From Eukaryota sp. TZLM1-RC (Eukaryota > Protista > Metamonada: BaSk clade), in assembly GCA_040285825.1 (NCBI GenBank), contig JAUPSS010000003.1:1054001-1118000 (forward strand): a DNA stretch of 64,000 bases, written 5' to 3'. A program made the translations under genes and the position numbers. The notes beneath the pieces were generated by a model. The model was given only the letters and a program-made list of their open reading frames with translations, did not search any database and was not told where the DNA came from. This document shows, piece after piece, positions 10,480-23,345 of the stretch (its first letter is position 1; the number at the start of each line of letters is the position of its first letter).

Positions 10480-10762
10480 TCTGTCATATACTATTTGACA
10501 CTCATTACAAATACACTCGTCCTAAACCCCACCACTCTCTTCCTATGTAGCCATTCCTCTCCATCGTCAGCTCCTTCAAAATCCAACTTTTCTCTATTAC
10601 AATATTACGGCCTGTGTCCACCTTTTACATGTGCTTCCATCATTGCCATCATATTGAGCGAAGCATTTCGATATGCATTCCACAAACATTCGCATGATTT
10701 ACACATTGTAAGTACCAGATGAATAGACATCTCATGTCTCTTCCATGGCCTAGGATTTCTGC
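10480..10762 (-). pseudogene. Fanzor1 C-terminal fragment (Zn finger, RuvC-III region)
   Basis: 10617-10754 is about 85-90% identical by eye to 62770-62907; reads PRPWKRHE..MCKSCECLWNAYRNASLNM..GGHRP; catalytic NRD changed to NAY. Confidence 0.85.
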
Positions 10763-11399
10763 ATTATAACCAGATGATAAATACTAATAATTATTCTGCA
10801 TGTTGTTCCAGCAAAAGTACTAGTTTAAGGTTTAGTTTAAAGAGTCTTCCCATTGTTTCATAAACTCCAAACAATCTTCTTGATTTATGGAGTTTTCGTA
10901 TTCCATAACCAATATAAACTTGTTGACCACTTCCTCTAGAAATAGCGATTGTGGAACATTATACATCCACGGTAGAGGAAATGTTCTAGTGGGCGAGATG
11001 GTGTTGAGTGTCACAATAATCGGTATTGTAGCATTGTGGACAGTTTCAGCTTCAGCTACTAGTAAATAAGCAATGTTGAAATCTTCAAACAAATAACCTT
11101 GAGAATCCTCAATGTTAGTGAAATCATACCTACAACTAAAAATTGAGAATAAGAATTACAAATTTCAGCTCAGGTGGAAAAAATTTATTTATAGTATTAT
11201 AATCCAATTTGATAGTTTATCATGTTTGTTTTTTTGACATGAATAACTTGATTTTTAAAAATGAAATATTTATTCACTGATAATCAACTTCCTCAAAACC
11301 CCACATCAACTATGTAAAAGTTACCTACACTCTTTTCTTTATAATATATTCCAATTGATAAAAGCTAGCTAGAAACCAAGTTGTACATTCCCTTTCAAC

Positions 11400-13080
11400 T
11401 GGACAATACAATTCTATTTTGCCGGAAGGGATTAAACGAAGTAGCTTACAGTAATGTTGCTAATGAAGCTGCTACATTATAAGAATCAATAGGTCGTGAG
11501 TTGAATGTTCAAAACTGTTTCTGTATTTCCAGAAAAAAGGTTAAGTTTATAATTAATTCCCATTGGAAGTACCATTTTTTGATTATACTTCAACTAGTTT
11601 CTGTTTTTTGGTTGTTATTTGGGTTCTGCCGAAAAGGCACTTGATAGTTTTAATAACTATTTGGATTCAATTAAGAAAGTGCTTGAAGTCATTAAAACCC
11701 TTCAATTGAAACAACAAAAGTTTTTTCTTACGAAAATATGTTATGCTGGAAAAATTTCCCATTTACTTCGATCACTACCTCCATCCCTAACGTACAATTT
11801 TTGTAGACAATTTAACAAAATACATACAGATTTTTTGGCTTATTTTATGTCAGTTGATCCAGCAATTTTAAAAAATCCTATTGTTTTCTGATGCTCAACG
11901 TGGCGATGCTGGTTGCAATTCATCAAAGTATTTGACCAAAGCTGCATTCATCGGTGGTGGAAAAAATTTTGTTTTTGAATTTTCTAGAAGATATCCTTTT
12001 GCCGAAAATCTTCTTGAAACTACAAATAGTCTATTCCTCGATAACTTAAAAGAAGAAGTATCCAGTTTATCTCCTGAATTATGACAATCATGTTTCCCTA
12101 ATGCTATACAAGACATCCCAGAAAGAAGTTTGTTTTCATTGAAATTTGAGTTGAGAAAACTCCAACGACATCATTTGAAAAAATTTGAAAACAAAGATTG
12201 TGTTGTTTCACTTAGCACGGCTAAGCAAGAAAATCCTGCTTTTGTTAATTTGTTAATTGATTTGAAGGAGAGTTCATCTGCAGTTTTGTTGAATCAAATT
12301 CCCCAAATCTATTACTAATTTTTAAATGACGACCAATGAACTACTGCAATGAGAATGTGTTGTTATCTGTGGCCCTGCAATTTGCCCAATGATCTGTTTT
12401 GAAAATGTGAAAATGGTTTGACATTATCACGTTTATTCAATTGCAACAGATTTATTTTTTATCGTTTTACTTTGCGTGATGCAGTCAGAGATCAAATCCA
12501 TGCAATGTGCAATTCATATCATATTGAATCATTTGTAGAACCGTTGTTGAGGTCTTTGGATATAAATGAAAACGTAAGAGATTCAGAATATGGAAAACGA
12601 CGTGCTCATGTAATTGTGCTCTCAAATGATGATGTCTTGAATGTCGTCATGTCGTGACACTGGATGCTTGTAAGAAAAATGCCTTGAGAAATGCACAATC
12701 CGAAGTATCCCCCCTTGATGATTCAGAATTGTACAAAAGGAAAAAATATGCAAATCCTTTAAAAGAACTGAAACATGTTCGCCATGTGGATCACCAAATT
12801 TGCACATTTGCTGAATCTTTGTATGGACGTCTTGGAAAAACTGCCATGAATTTTACTGATGATTTTTCTTAGAATGAATTAGCGTTTTGATCGTCGTTTG
12901 TGGTTAAATCGTATTGTTTTTACTATTTTCAAATCAATTCCTAAAATGATTTCGAAAGCTCTGATGTTTCTCAGTGCACATTACGAAGACATTGCTGTTG
13001 TACGGCTTGATGGTGTGGAAGGTTGTTTGGAAGATATTGATTTTTATATCATAGTTTTAAAAATAAATCAAAAAATCGTA
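11400..13080 (+). mobile_element. Decayed CRE-like LINE, family A-related (C-terminus CLEDIDF)
   Basis: Fragments KICYAGKISHLLR, AAFIGGGKNFVFEF, DAVRDQ..EPL..KRRA, WLNRIVF with many stops. Confidence 0.85.
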
Positions 13081-13231
13081 ATGTAAGTAATCATTCAAAC
13101 TTAAAAGGTGCAGCGATTTTTGATAGTGATTTGAAAAAACCCTTATCTATCTACATTTTATAGCAATTCAAATAATGACCCACAAAAATCAGATTTATAC
13201 ACAATAAACCAATAATTAAAAAACTCAAAAA

Positions 13232-15726
13232 CTAAGATTCCATTGCTTCTTCACCTTTGTTTTCTTCCTTCTTCTCCTCTTCTTTTTTACCTGCTTCACC
13301 TTTGTTTTCTTCCTTCTTCTCCTCTTCTTTCTTTGGTTTAGGTTTATTCAAAACCTTCATAACAGCAGTTTCGAATTCGGTTAATCTCTTTAAAATGTCG
13401 TCAACAGTGATGGGGGGATCTTGCACCAAAGGTAACCCTTGGACAGATTCCTTATACTTCGCCAGTGACTTTGAAACAGATTTAATTTCCTTCTCTACAG
13501 ACTTCCAATCAGCTGCTTCCAAATGGTCGTATTCAGGGGCAGGACTATCCTTGGTGGCGACAAGTTCACTATACTTTTGAATAGAGTGCTGTAGGGTTTC
13601 AAGAGCGCTTGGTCTGGATTGGTGTTGGTTATAGCGATATCTGGCCTTGTCCACTGGACCTCGGACTTGGGAGAGCTTAGATTCATACACAGTTTTGGGA
13701 CAATCAAAACCATCATCATATAGCCAATCCTCCAATTCATTAAGCTGAGATAAAACTTTTTGTGCATCAGATTGTTCAATGAAATGTGATAAAGAGTCAT
13801 TCAGGGCTGAGCGAGCTTCATAAACAAATGATTCAAGCTTAACTTTGGCCTCAGTAGCTTCAATAAACTCAGCATCCTTTTGTTGAAGGAACTGTTCCTC
13901 CTGTTGAGCAGTTGAAATGACATCTTGGGTAACAGAAAAACCGGAAACTTCAACTACAGCAAGACGGTGTTGGACTTGGCGTTTTTGCTGAACAATTTTA
14001 GTTTTCTTTTCCTTTGGTTTTTCAGTCTTCTCTTTTTCCCCTTCCTTTTGCTCACTGTCTTGACTCTCCTCCATTGGTGCCCCATTAGGATCAGCAACCT
14101 CAGTGGCATTGGGATCTTTGGCAGGAACTTCGGGGGAGGGAGTAGTGGCTGATACTTCTTCCATTGATTCAGATTCTGCTGGTGTGTCATCTGGTACTTC
14201 CACATCAACGGTGGTAGTCTCAGTGACAAAGCACTTACCAGGTTCAACCAACAAATCACCAGACATTTTAACATGAATCTTCATCTTATAGTCTTCATTA
14301 GCAGATAAATGACTGGGAAACCCTTCAATTCTCCAAGTGGCGATTGGTTGATCAGGGTAAGCCAAGCCAATGTTAAATGGTGCTGGTTTGCGGGTAACAT
14401 TCAGTTTTCTGGTGAGTGGAGCTTGGCAGTGAGCAGGGAACATTTCAACAGCTTGTAATTCATCATTGGTATTTGGATAATTCAGAGTTACAGCCTTTGG
14501 AACTCCCAAATCAACAACTGTAACATCGCGGACCTTGAACAAAGGAGAAAGCATAGCAGCTTGATAAGCAGCACCAGTGGAGATATCATCTTCAGGATTG
14601 AGAGTTCTCAGCACTGAATCATGACCAAATGAATGAGAGAGAACATTGGCAACAGAAGGGATTCTTGAAGCACCCCCGATACCAACTACACCATCAATCT
14701 TGTGTTCAAATCCATTAGGAACTAGAGATGCACAAGTTTCGGCTACTTTTTCAAGCAAAGGGCGGGCCATTTCTTCAAATTGATCACGAGTTATGGAAGA
14801 ATCATAGTCGGTATCTTCCATAAGGGCTTCCATATGAACAGAGACCTCGGTGTTGGCAGACAAAACCTTCTTAATCTTATCACATTCAGTAGAAAGACGG
14901 AGAACGGCTTTAGGGTTTTCAAAAACATTTAGACCAGTCTTCTTGAAGAAATCATCTGCAAAATGCTTGACCAAAAGAGCATCAAAGTCGCGACCACCAA
15001 GAAATTCACCACTGGCAACAGAGATAATCTGACAATTTCCCTGACTGACTTTGGCAAGAGCGAGTTGGGTATCAGCATAACCAACGTCAGCAAAGACAAA
15101 GTGTTGGGCAGGCTGATTTTCTGAGGCAATGGGAAGACTGGCATGTTTTTTGAGTGTGTAAGCAAGAACAGCAGCAGTGGTTTCATTCAATACACGTAGA
15201 CAATTTAGCCCGGCAATCTTACAGGCAGCACGAACCAATTGGCGTTGTTCGTCATTGAAGTAGACTGGAACAGCAATACAAACATCAGAAACATTATGTC
15301 CAGCTGCTTGGGCCATTTTCTTGATTTGGACAAGGTGCATGGCCATTATTTGTTCAGGAAGGTAAGTCTTTGTTTCGTTACGGATTCGCACCTGGACAGC
15401 AGCTTTTCTGTCATCAGTTTCAACAATAGAATAAGGGCAGAAGGAACGTTCAACATCAAAGCCAGGATCTGTAGTTCTACGGCCTACCAGACGAGAAATT
15501 GAAGAGATGGTACGCTTAATGTTGGATCGGCGCTGAATAGCTGCAGGATTGCCCCAAACGCGCTCTCGATCAGTAAAAGCAAGCATGTTTCTGAGATAAA
15601 TGTACTGTGCAAAACAACATACGCTGAGTGTCGTAGAGCAGAGCCATCTAGAACAACATCAACACCACCACGTCCAACTGCTGCGACAACAATTTTATTT
15701 GAACCAAAATCGATTCCAAGAGTCAT
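13232..15726 (-). CDS. HSP110: Hsp110/SSE-family chaperone (two exons)
   Basis: GIDFG N-terminus (15726) joins the 784-aa ORF after removing intron 15591-15622; LNETTA, GGRDFD, RTLN, acidic insertion, LEDWLYDDG. Confidence 0.93.
15591..15622 (-). other. 32-nt spliceosomal intron GTATGT...TTATCTCAG
   Basis: Removal restores frame (RHSA-NMLAF). Confidence 0.92.
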
Positions 15727-15911
15727 GTAGAAGTATAATCCGTAAGATAGATGAAGGTATCGTTTTATGCGGGATCAATTGTATGTGTTTCATTAAAAAG
15801 AGCATAGTAATGACTCAGTGACACGTTGCAGATTTGCCTACGTAACCATTTCTTCAGATCCCCCATCCCACTAGATGTAACTGCCAAAACATTTGTTTAT
15901 AACATGTACAA

Positions 15912-17177
15912 TTATCTTCGCAACTTCTTCACATGTTGCAATATTGGTCTGTGATAAGCTCTTCTCTTCATCAAACGTTGGCTAGCTATTTTGGGAATAT
16001 CTTCTTTTGGATCAAGTTGATACCCACGATAATGATCTGTTCGTTGCTTAAGGTTTTTCACTTTCTGAACCTTTCTTATTGTCCTTTCAGTTGTATTTTC
16101 ATTGAATATTTTAAGTTTACTCTCCATAAAATTCTGTACAACCTCTTTCAGCTGGTGATATTCCTCTAAATATATGAGTTGTTCCTTCCACAGATGTTGT
16201 GAATCATCACCAACATTCAGTTTATCAAGTACAAATTCCACATCCTCACTTGTCCATCGAGTAGGATCTTCTGTGAACGAGTGTACTAAACACTGGAAGA
16301 GGTAAAAATGATGTTTGTGGATGTTTGGAATATTGAATATGGTTTGAAAATGGGGAGGAAAAAGGAGAATCACACTGTCTAAACTGTCGAAATTAAAAAG
16401 AAACTTCACAAGGGAGTGGCTTTCAGAAGTGGAGGTAATGATACCAAGTAAACCATTAGAATCTACTCCTTTCCAACAATCAACATTTGAGACCCGCCCA
16501 AGATAATGCTCTAGGACTTCAAGAGTTACATCAACTAAATTTGAAAATTCTGTAAACCTTTTGCAGATGTAGAACAAATTGGTCAATGATAGTTGTTTGA
16601 AGGGCAGTGACCACATTTGTGTTTTAAGGGATTCTAAATGATACTCTTCTATGTGGGAAAACATACACTCAAAGATCCAAAGTGCTTGGTTCTCTGTATT
16701 TATGTATGGTTCCACTAAAGGAAGGAAATCTTGATTAATGTAAGTGAATAAAGAGTTTGGATGTAAAGTGTTTATCTCGGAAATACTCTGCATAACGGAT
16801 AGGAATGTATCCTTATTGTTGGCAACACTGACATCCTCTATAAGGGATATCAATGAAGAGTAATTCTCTTTGATGAGTGAAGTACAGAGGGTAAGAAGTC
16901 GAGTAGAACCAAACAGAAGTGCGATATTCCAGTAGTAATATATATTAGTCTCCGTGAAGATTGGAGCAGGAAACTCATAATACCACTGAAGGAATACCTG
17001 TAGGGTTTCGCTCGTGATATCATATTCAGTAACGTCAAAGCCATTATATTCCGCTGGAACGTTGTGCAATAAAGTGCAATCCTGGAAGAACGTAGGTTTT
17101 ACATAAAATGTTTCATTCTCGAAGACGATCCTGAAATTGTCCGAGTGTAAAGCATCATTGAAGAGTTGTCGGATCAT
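15912..17177 (-). CDS. BTB/POZ-like domain protein
   Basis: N-terminal LFND..HSDNFRIVF..F.V...LQVFLQWYY..T..N pattern resembles BTB. Confidence 0.6.
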   Translation of the reverse strand: MIRQLFNDALHSDNFRIVFENETFYVKPTFFQDCTLLHNVPAEYNGFDVTEYDITSETLQVFLQWYYEFPAPIFTETNIYYYWNIALLFGSTRLLTLCTSLIKENYSSLISLIEDVSVANNKDTFLSVMQSISEINTLHPNSLFTYINQDFLPLVEPYINTENQALWIFECMFSHIEEYHLESLKTQMWSLPFKQLSLTNLFYICKRFTEFSNLVDVTLEVLEHYLGRVSNVDCWKGVDSNGLLGIITSTSESHSLVKFLFNFDSLDSVILLFPPHFQTIFNIPNIHKHHFYLFQCLVHSFTEDPTRWTSEDVEFVLDKLNVGDDSQHLWKEQLIYLEEYHQLKEVVQNFMESKLKIFNENTTERTIRKVQKVKNLKQRTDHYRGYQLDPKEDIPKIASQRLMKRRAYHRPILQHVKKLRR

Positions 17178-17249
17178 CAAAAACAGTGTAACAAAAATTG
17201 ATTAATTTATCTTTTTCATCCTTTACTTTACATATTCCATCGAGAAACT

Positions 17250-17940
17250 AACATTTTGTAAATATTTTATTACTTTTCGATCAAAACTCTATGATGCAGT
17301 TAGAGATCAGCTCTATTGTATGTCTAAGTCTCACAAAATTGTCTCCTGCATTGACCATTACTTTCTCGTTTGGTTAATGAGGACACTTTGGATTCTTTTG
17401 GTCGTAACAGAAATGATTTAATGCTTGAAGGACTAGATGGGACCACTATCATTACTGATGTGAGATCTACTGATGTGTGTAATAATCCTGTCATACCATT
17501 AGCTTAGTCAAAACACAAAAATCCGCTGTCTGTTGCCGAAAACTCTAAAATTGATAAATATAAAGCAAAAATTGGTTTCCTTAATTCTGAATCCACACTC
17601 ATTGTGTCCTTTGTCCATTTGCTTTTTCCTTACATGGTACGCTTAACCCACTTGCTTTATCGTTTTTGGATGATTTTGTTGAAATTGTAAAACAACGTAC
17701 AAGAAGAATTTTTGACAAAATATTTTGGCAGAACATAATTGTATTTTCAATTTTTAAAGGAGTCGTCCCGTTATTGTCTTCTGCTTTCTTATCTCTTGGT
17801 CGCATTTATGAAGGAAATACTTCCAGTCAATTTTTGTTGGCTGCTTTGGGATACGAAGATTTCGAATTTTGTTGTTTGTGTTCAGTTTTTAGAAAGTAAT
17901 AAATTAAAAATTTTTGAAAAAAAAATCGAAAAAACTAAAA
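17250..17940 (+). mobile_element. 3' fragment of CRE-like family B (C-terminus GYEDFEF) with A-rich tail
   Basis: Homologous to 29810-30470. Confidence 0.85.
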
Positions 17941-17990
17941 AAACGCTGAGCTAATGACTGCTGGCTGAGCTAATGGTATGAAAGAATAAT

Positions 17991-20030
17991 TCACACATCA
18001 GTTGATCTCACATCAGTAATGATGATGGTCCCTTCAAGACCTTCAAGCATTAAATCACCTCTGTTACGACGAAAAGAATTCAAAGTATCTTCATCAACCA
18101 AACGAGAAAGTATAGGTTTTAAATAGGAGACAATTCTGTGTGACTTAGTTATACAATAGAATTGATCCTTCACTGCATTATGCACTTTTGATCGGAAAGT
18201 AATAAAGTGGTAACAGTTGAACAGATGATTTGAACCACAGCTCCAAATCAAAATATGAGGCACGTTATTGGGCTATATGAAGCATCGAAGACGCATTGTA
18301 CAAAAAAATGTGGTATCATCTGAAAGAAGACCATAATTTTGAGGAATTTGAGGAATTAAACAAGAAGAAGAACTATTTTGAGCATTTAACAAAAAATTTG
18401 CGAATGTGGGATTATCATTTTTGGCCGAGCAAACACGAACATTAAATCCAAGTTTTCGAAAATTATTGTTTATTGTTGTTCCAATTTTTAACACAATACC
18501 TCACATTAACTAGTGTTTCAGCGGGGAAGCATTTATTTCAAATATCAGGAGGCAAGCGATCAAGAGCATTTTCAAGGTATCATAAATAATTATTACTTCG
18601 AGAATTCAATAAATTAACATCATTTGAAAGACGGTTGCAAAATTCAAAAACAACATTTTTCCCTCCACCAAGGAAAGCAGCTTGACAGAGAATAGACGAT
18701 TTAGTGAAATTAATACCACCAAAATTAGATGATGAAAATACATGACTTCGGATTAGTTCAGGATTGACATCAATCAAAGATGCAAAAATAGTAGTTGTTA
18801 AGTAGTTAACGAAACCGCAAAATTTATGTGAAATATTTGGAGAAATATTTTATCAAAATGTGAGTTATTTTACCTGAGTGACAAATTTGAAGATAAAAAA
18901 TTTGATATGTTTCTCAATCTTAAATGAAAAAATTATATCAAGTTCAAAGCCCAATTTAAGTAAAAGATTATATAATTCATTGGTAATTTTGGTAACATTT
19001 CCACGTCAACAACCAAGGAAACGAAATTAATCTGAGGAATAGTTTACAAAAGGAATTTCAACGTTATCAAAGGTTAAACTATCATTTACATTTCCTATGA
19101 GCAAACATTTGTCGGGGTTGAGCAAAAGACCAATCTTTTTGTAAAAAAATGAAGCTCCAGTGGCAATTTCATTCAAAATATTCAATGTGTAGCCCTAAGT
19201 GTAAAGTGATTAAAGAAAAGTCAATGAGGATAAGTTGATTTATTTTCTAATCAAATTATATAAGCCTTAAGGCGCCAACAAATGGACCAATATTTGAAAT
19301 ATCATCCCTGTATACTACTATTTTTCATTATAGGATAACGTTTACTGAAATGAATCAAAGACTTGTGAATTGCTAAACGGAACCGTAATGGCCCAAGAAA
19401 ATCCCTTTGCTTATCTTTGAAAAACGAGAATAGAGTATAAGATTCATAAATCAGTTCACTAGTTTTGTCATAAAATAAATAAAAATAACTTGATAATTCT
19501 CGAAATTTTTTTTGAATAATATCAAAAACTGCACTTCGTTGTACAAATTTGAAGGCATTTTGAAAATCCAAATTAAAGATATAATTTTGCTTATTAGAAC
19601 TGAAGAATAAATTAGAGGTCAAGGCAGCAACTGATGCACCACCAATTGTTTTAATGTTAAATTGAAGAGAAGCTGACAAATTTGCAGTCTTTGAAGCAAC
19701 ACGATTGAAAACAATTTATGCAAAAAGTCGAGTAATTGATTCTCCAATGGCAGTTGGTCGAATTGCATCAGCTTTTTTTACCTTTTCCAAATATTACCCA
19801 GGCACTGAAACGAGCAGCTAATAATTCAGTCGGAGAAGTGTTTTTGACGCAAACTAAATTTTGAAAGAATTCAGCAAGGTCATCGCAAATTTCTGGGACC
19901 TTTCTACAAGCGGACTTCAAAACATCAATTGAAATACCAGACGCACCTGCTGTTTTTCCTTTAGGAAGATGACTGATAACACCTTGTACTTCGTTTCAAT
20001 TAATAGGAGGTTTTTCTTTGCAAAAATTTT
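17991..20030 (-). mobile_element. Decayed CRE-like family B copy interrupted by a solo LTR
   Basis: Fragments NLDFQNAF, LGGGKN, HNAVKDQ..RGDLMLEG, homologous to 28200-30040. Confidence 0.88.
19188..19280 (-). mobile_element. Solo LTR (93 bp, TG..CA) related to the 95-bp LTRs at 32.9-37.1 kb
   Basis: Reverse complement begins TGTTGGCGCCTTAAGGCTTATAT..AGAAAATAAATCAACTT; 4-bp TSD AATG at 19184-19187 and 19281-19284. Confidence 0.88.
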
Positions 20031-20049
20031 CCATAAATTCGTTATAGCC

Positions 20050-20600
20050 CAATTATTATTCTTTAATTGCTGGTAGAATTACACCAATAGTTGTTATTGC
20101 TTTCCCATTTTCGTTAACGGAAGACTATCAGTAGAAGCAGAAACTTTATTGAATGACTTCCACAAAATGGTTCAAGAAAAAACCATAAAAAGATTTGATA
20201 TTTTTTATGGCGTTCTCGGATTCAATTTGCCATTATTAATAGAATACTTCGGTTTTTCAATCGAATTAGAGAAACTTTAGCTAGACAGCAAGTAAATCAA
20301 GATTTTGTAGAGGAAATCTTGGTTCAATGATTGTCGTCCCATTAGTTATGAATTAATTTTATTAAGTGTGTATGTTCAATAAATATTTATCTTTTAGTTG
20401 TGAAGAAAATTTTCGTATTTCAAAAGACAAAGGAATGGAACTGACAGGGCTTGTGTCAACAGCGATTCTAACAGTTTTTCCGTAAAGTTTAAAAGAAAAA
20501 AAGTTAAAGTTAAGAAAAAAAATTTCCAGTCAATTCATAATGGCTGACTTTGGGTATGAAGATGTAGAATTTTAAATTTATTGTTTGGTTTTTCGTTGGA
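20050..20600 (+). mobile_element. Two adjacent CRE-like 3' fragments (family C QDFVEEILV; family B-like GYEDVEF)
   Basis: 20090-20390 matches 40010-40310; the second fragment ends GACTTTGGGTATGAAGATGTAGAATTTTAA. Confidence 0.75.
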
Positions 20601-21290
20601 GCAAATAATTGTAATTAAAAATGAATATTGGATAAATAGCCCTGAAAAATGGTATAACCAATTAATTGAATTTTTTTAATAAACCGATAAGGGTTGTTCA
20701 GAAGCTCTCTGCTTTCATTTAGCAATTATTATTTTTTGGGAGTAAAAAACGGGACCAGAATTGGCCATGGTTCATGATCAAGAAACTGAACAGCAAAAAA
20801 AAATGGTCGGGTCATGAATCAAGGCAAGAAATTCAAATGGTTGATAATAACTCAGATGTCCTCATCTTTTAAAACAAGAGTTAGTGAAAAACAAAAACGA
20901 TGGGCGACCAAATATACGACAGGAACCAAATGATAGAGTCTAACGAAATGCCAATCGAAAATGCAAATACCAAATTGTCAGCATTTGGAGAAAATTCAGC
21001 AATTTTTATTGCTTTTTCGAACTTAGTGGTTGCAAAACTTCAGCAAATTTTTTGGCAATCGAACAGTCTCAAATTAATGTAATTGAACCCACTGATGCAA
21101 GCCTGAAAGATGTTGGAAAGGGTTCTGAAGGTGATGGTATACAAATGAGTCCGATCAACAACCTGATCTCAATTCATTATCACAAGTAGCGAAAGCGAAA
21201 GTAGAGAAACAGTGTATAGTTTTGAAGTAACTTAAACTATCAAAACATTTGCCTTAATTTGAATTTCCCTGCGTGTTTATCAGTACTTCG

Positions 21291-23345
21291 ATGCAGTACT
21301 CCGATGATTATTTGTCAGCTGTAATGGCCCTTTTTGGGGATGGTAAACCTACAATGGATACATCTGCACCATCCAATGACTTGGAGGAACAACCACAATC
21401 ACCATTAATGCTAGAACAATCTCCTATCCCTACACCAGTTCGCACTGGTGATCAACAACAATTGTCTCCTGAACCTCCACACAAGCGTCAACCCTCTCCA
21501 CAATGGGATCTCAAATCTTCCGCCAGATCTGGATTCGTGCACATTCCTTCCCCAGAACAGCAAAACCACACACTTTCAGCTCGTCCTGTAGTACAACCAC
21601 CTATCCTGAACCCATTACGTAACAGACCCCTCAAGCCTCAATATATCGAGCCCAGAGATACCTGTAAGGAGAGTGAAGAAGTAATAAGAGTTTCCCAAGA
21701 CATTGAATCTGATTTGGCTTGCATTAATCAAACTGGATCAATTTCTACTTTTAGTTGTGTGGATTCCATACTTGCTGTCGCATCTCAAGTTAAATCTAAG
21801 CCATCCATTACTGAACTTGATATACAAACGATAAGCATTTTCCAAGATTTGGTCTTAGTTATGGTAGAGGCAATAATAAAAGTTGAATTGGAAAATCAAA
21901 GTTCTGTTGCTCAACGGCTTCCTATTGTACAATTAACCTCAGTTTTGAATTTCCTTTTCGAATTAGTTATTCCAAACATGTATAGTGTCGGTTATGTCTT
22001 GTTTTTAGCTCAAAATATGTATAATTCATGTAAAAGGTCCTTTATCAAGTTAATGAGCAAACATGGTGCAATGTTATTGATTTTCAAATGTTTGCTTGAT
22101 AGACTAGATGGTGATTTCCTCACAACTCTAACCAAATCTACTCTTAAATTGCAGGATTTGGCTTATTTAATTGCTTTAGGAGTTTGTTCTGAAGGATTAA
22201 CTAACACCGAAAGTGACGCCTTTGACAATCTGTTCAGTGAAATTACCACTTATTCGGCAATACTGACAGGGAAACCAGGGTCAAGTCTGCTTGCTTCGTC
22301 CGCCCTTGAACTTCTTCTCCATGCTGAGGATCCATTAGGGGATGGGTCTGCTGGTGTAATTGGTGGTTATGTTGAGAGTTTTGTAACAAAAGTAATTGAA
22401 AAAACATCTGAGAAGGGGTTAATTGTTTCCCAGGTAATGTCTATTGTACTGCAATGGTGTAGCAAATTAGCTCAAAATATGTCTGTTAATTCCAAAAAAG
22501 CTATCAATCTACCTACAATTCCAGGACAATTATCTGTAGGTGCAATTTTGTTTAGACACTCCAAAATGTTTTATTCTTTTCTTAAATCAATTCTTGCACC
22601 TCATTCAGGGTTTAAGAAGCAAGATCTTGTGCCCTCAAAAGAGATTAGAATGGCTTTAATTCATTTTCTTCGACATTTGGTAAAAATTCTCCACGTTAAA
22701 AATTCAGAATGTGTATGTACCGGAATTGTGTATATAGGAAGAATTCTCTGTGAAATCCTCCTTACTGATGGCCAATCGTCAATGAGAGCTCTAGCTGTCA
22801 GCACACTGAATAATTTCATTTCAATATTCGGCAACGTTGACTTTACTAGTGAATTCTCAATAGATACAAAGGACCTGGAGAGTTTTCACCGAGTTATTGA
22901 AAGTTCACTTATTACCTCTACATCTACTGATCCTTCGAAAGTAGTAAGGTCAGAAGCAGTAAAGACCTTAGGACTATTAAATCAAAGCCAATCCATTGGT
23001 AGCTGTTTGGTCGAAAGACTTAATGATCCTGATCCAAATGTACTTCTACATTCCCTTGAAGTTTTGGTACATTATGTTCCTCAGGACCAGTCTTTACTTC
23101 GATGGATTAGGACTAAGTGTAACTCAGCTGTGAAGAATTTACTTGTTTTATTTGGTGGAACTAGAGGGAATTCCAATTCTTATAGTTTTCTTGAAAAAGT
23201 TTTGATGGAATATTTGTTGGATAAATCGTTCAATAATGTTGGTGATGCATTGCAATCACTTCAATTGGGTGATGATGTCCATCTATTGGACATCTTTTTC
23301 AAGCGAAATTCAGAAGATCTTTTAAAAGTTCTAAGTAAACCATGA
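21291..23345 (+). CDS. Protein with disordered N-terminus and C-terminal HEAT/ARM repeats
   Basis: DPSKVVRSEAVKTLG, RLNDPDPNVLLHSLEVL HEAT-like motifs in a long intact ORF. Confidence 0.7.
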   Translation: MQYSDDYLSAVMALFGDGKPTMDTSAPSNDLEEQPQSPLMLEQSPIPTPVRTGDQQQLSPEPPHKRQPSPQWDLKSSARSGFVHIPSPEQQNHTLSARPVVQPPILNPLRNRPLKPQYIEPRDTCKESEEVIRVSQDIESDLACINQTGSISTFSCVDSILAVASQVKSKPSITELDIQTISIFQDLVLVMVEAIIKVELENQSSVAQRLPIVQLTSVLNFLFELVIPNMYSVGYVLFLAQNMYNSCKRSFIKLMSKHGAMLLIFKCLLDRLDGDFLTTLTKSTLKLQDLAYLIALGVCSEGLTNTESDAFDNLFSEITTYSAILTGKPGSSLLASSALELLLHAEDPLGDGSAGVIGGYVESFVTKVIEKTSEKGLIVSQVMSIVLQWCSKLAQNMSVNSKKAINLPTIPGQLSVGAILFRHSKMFYSFLKSILAPHSGFKKQDLVPSKEIRMALIHFLRHLVKILHVKNSECVCTGIVYIGRILCEILLTDGQSSMRALAVSTLNNFISIFGNVDFTSEFSIDTKDLESFHRVIESSLITSTSTDPSKVVRSEAVKTLGLLNQSQSIGSCLVERLNDPDPNVLLHSLEVLVHYVPQDQSLLRWIRTKCNSAVKNLLVLFGGTRGNSNSYSFLEKVLMEYLLDKSFNNVGDALQSLQLGDDVHLLDIFFKRNSEDLLKVLSKP

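Noticed and set aside
10832-11160. Short minus-strand ORF with a possible 22-nt GTATGA..CTAAC..AG intron
   Set aside because: The frame is open without splicing and no product is recognisable
13257-15502. Antisense and alternative-frame ORFs over Hsp110 (similarly over Sly1, NOC3, pol and LINEs)
   Set aside because: Shadow ORFs of real coding sequence with no independent motifs
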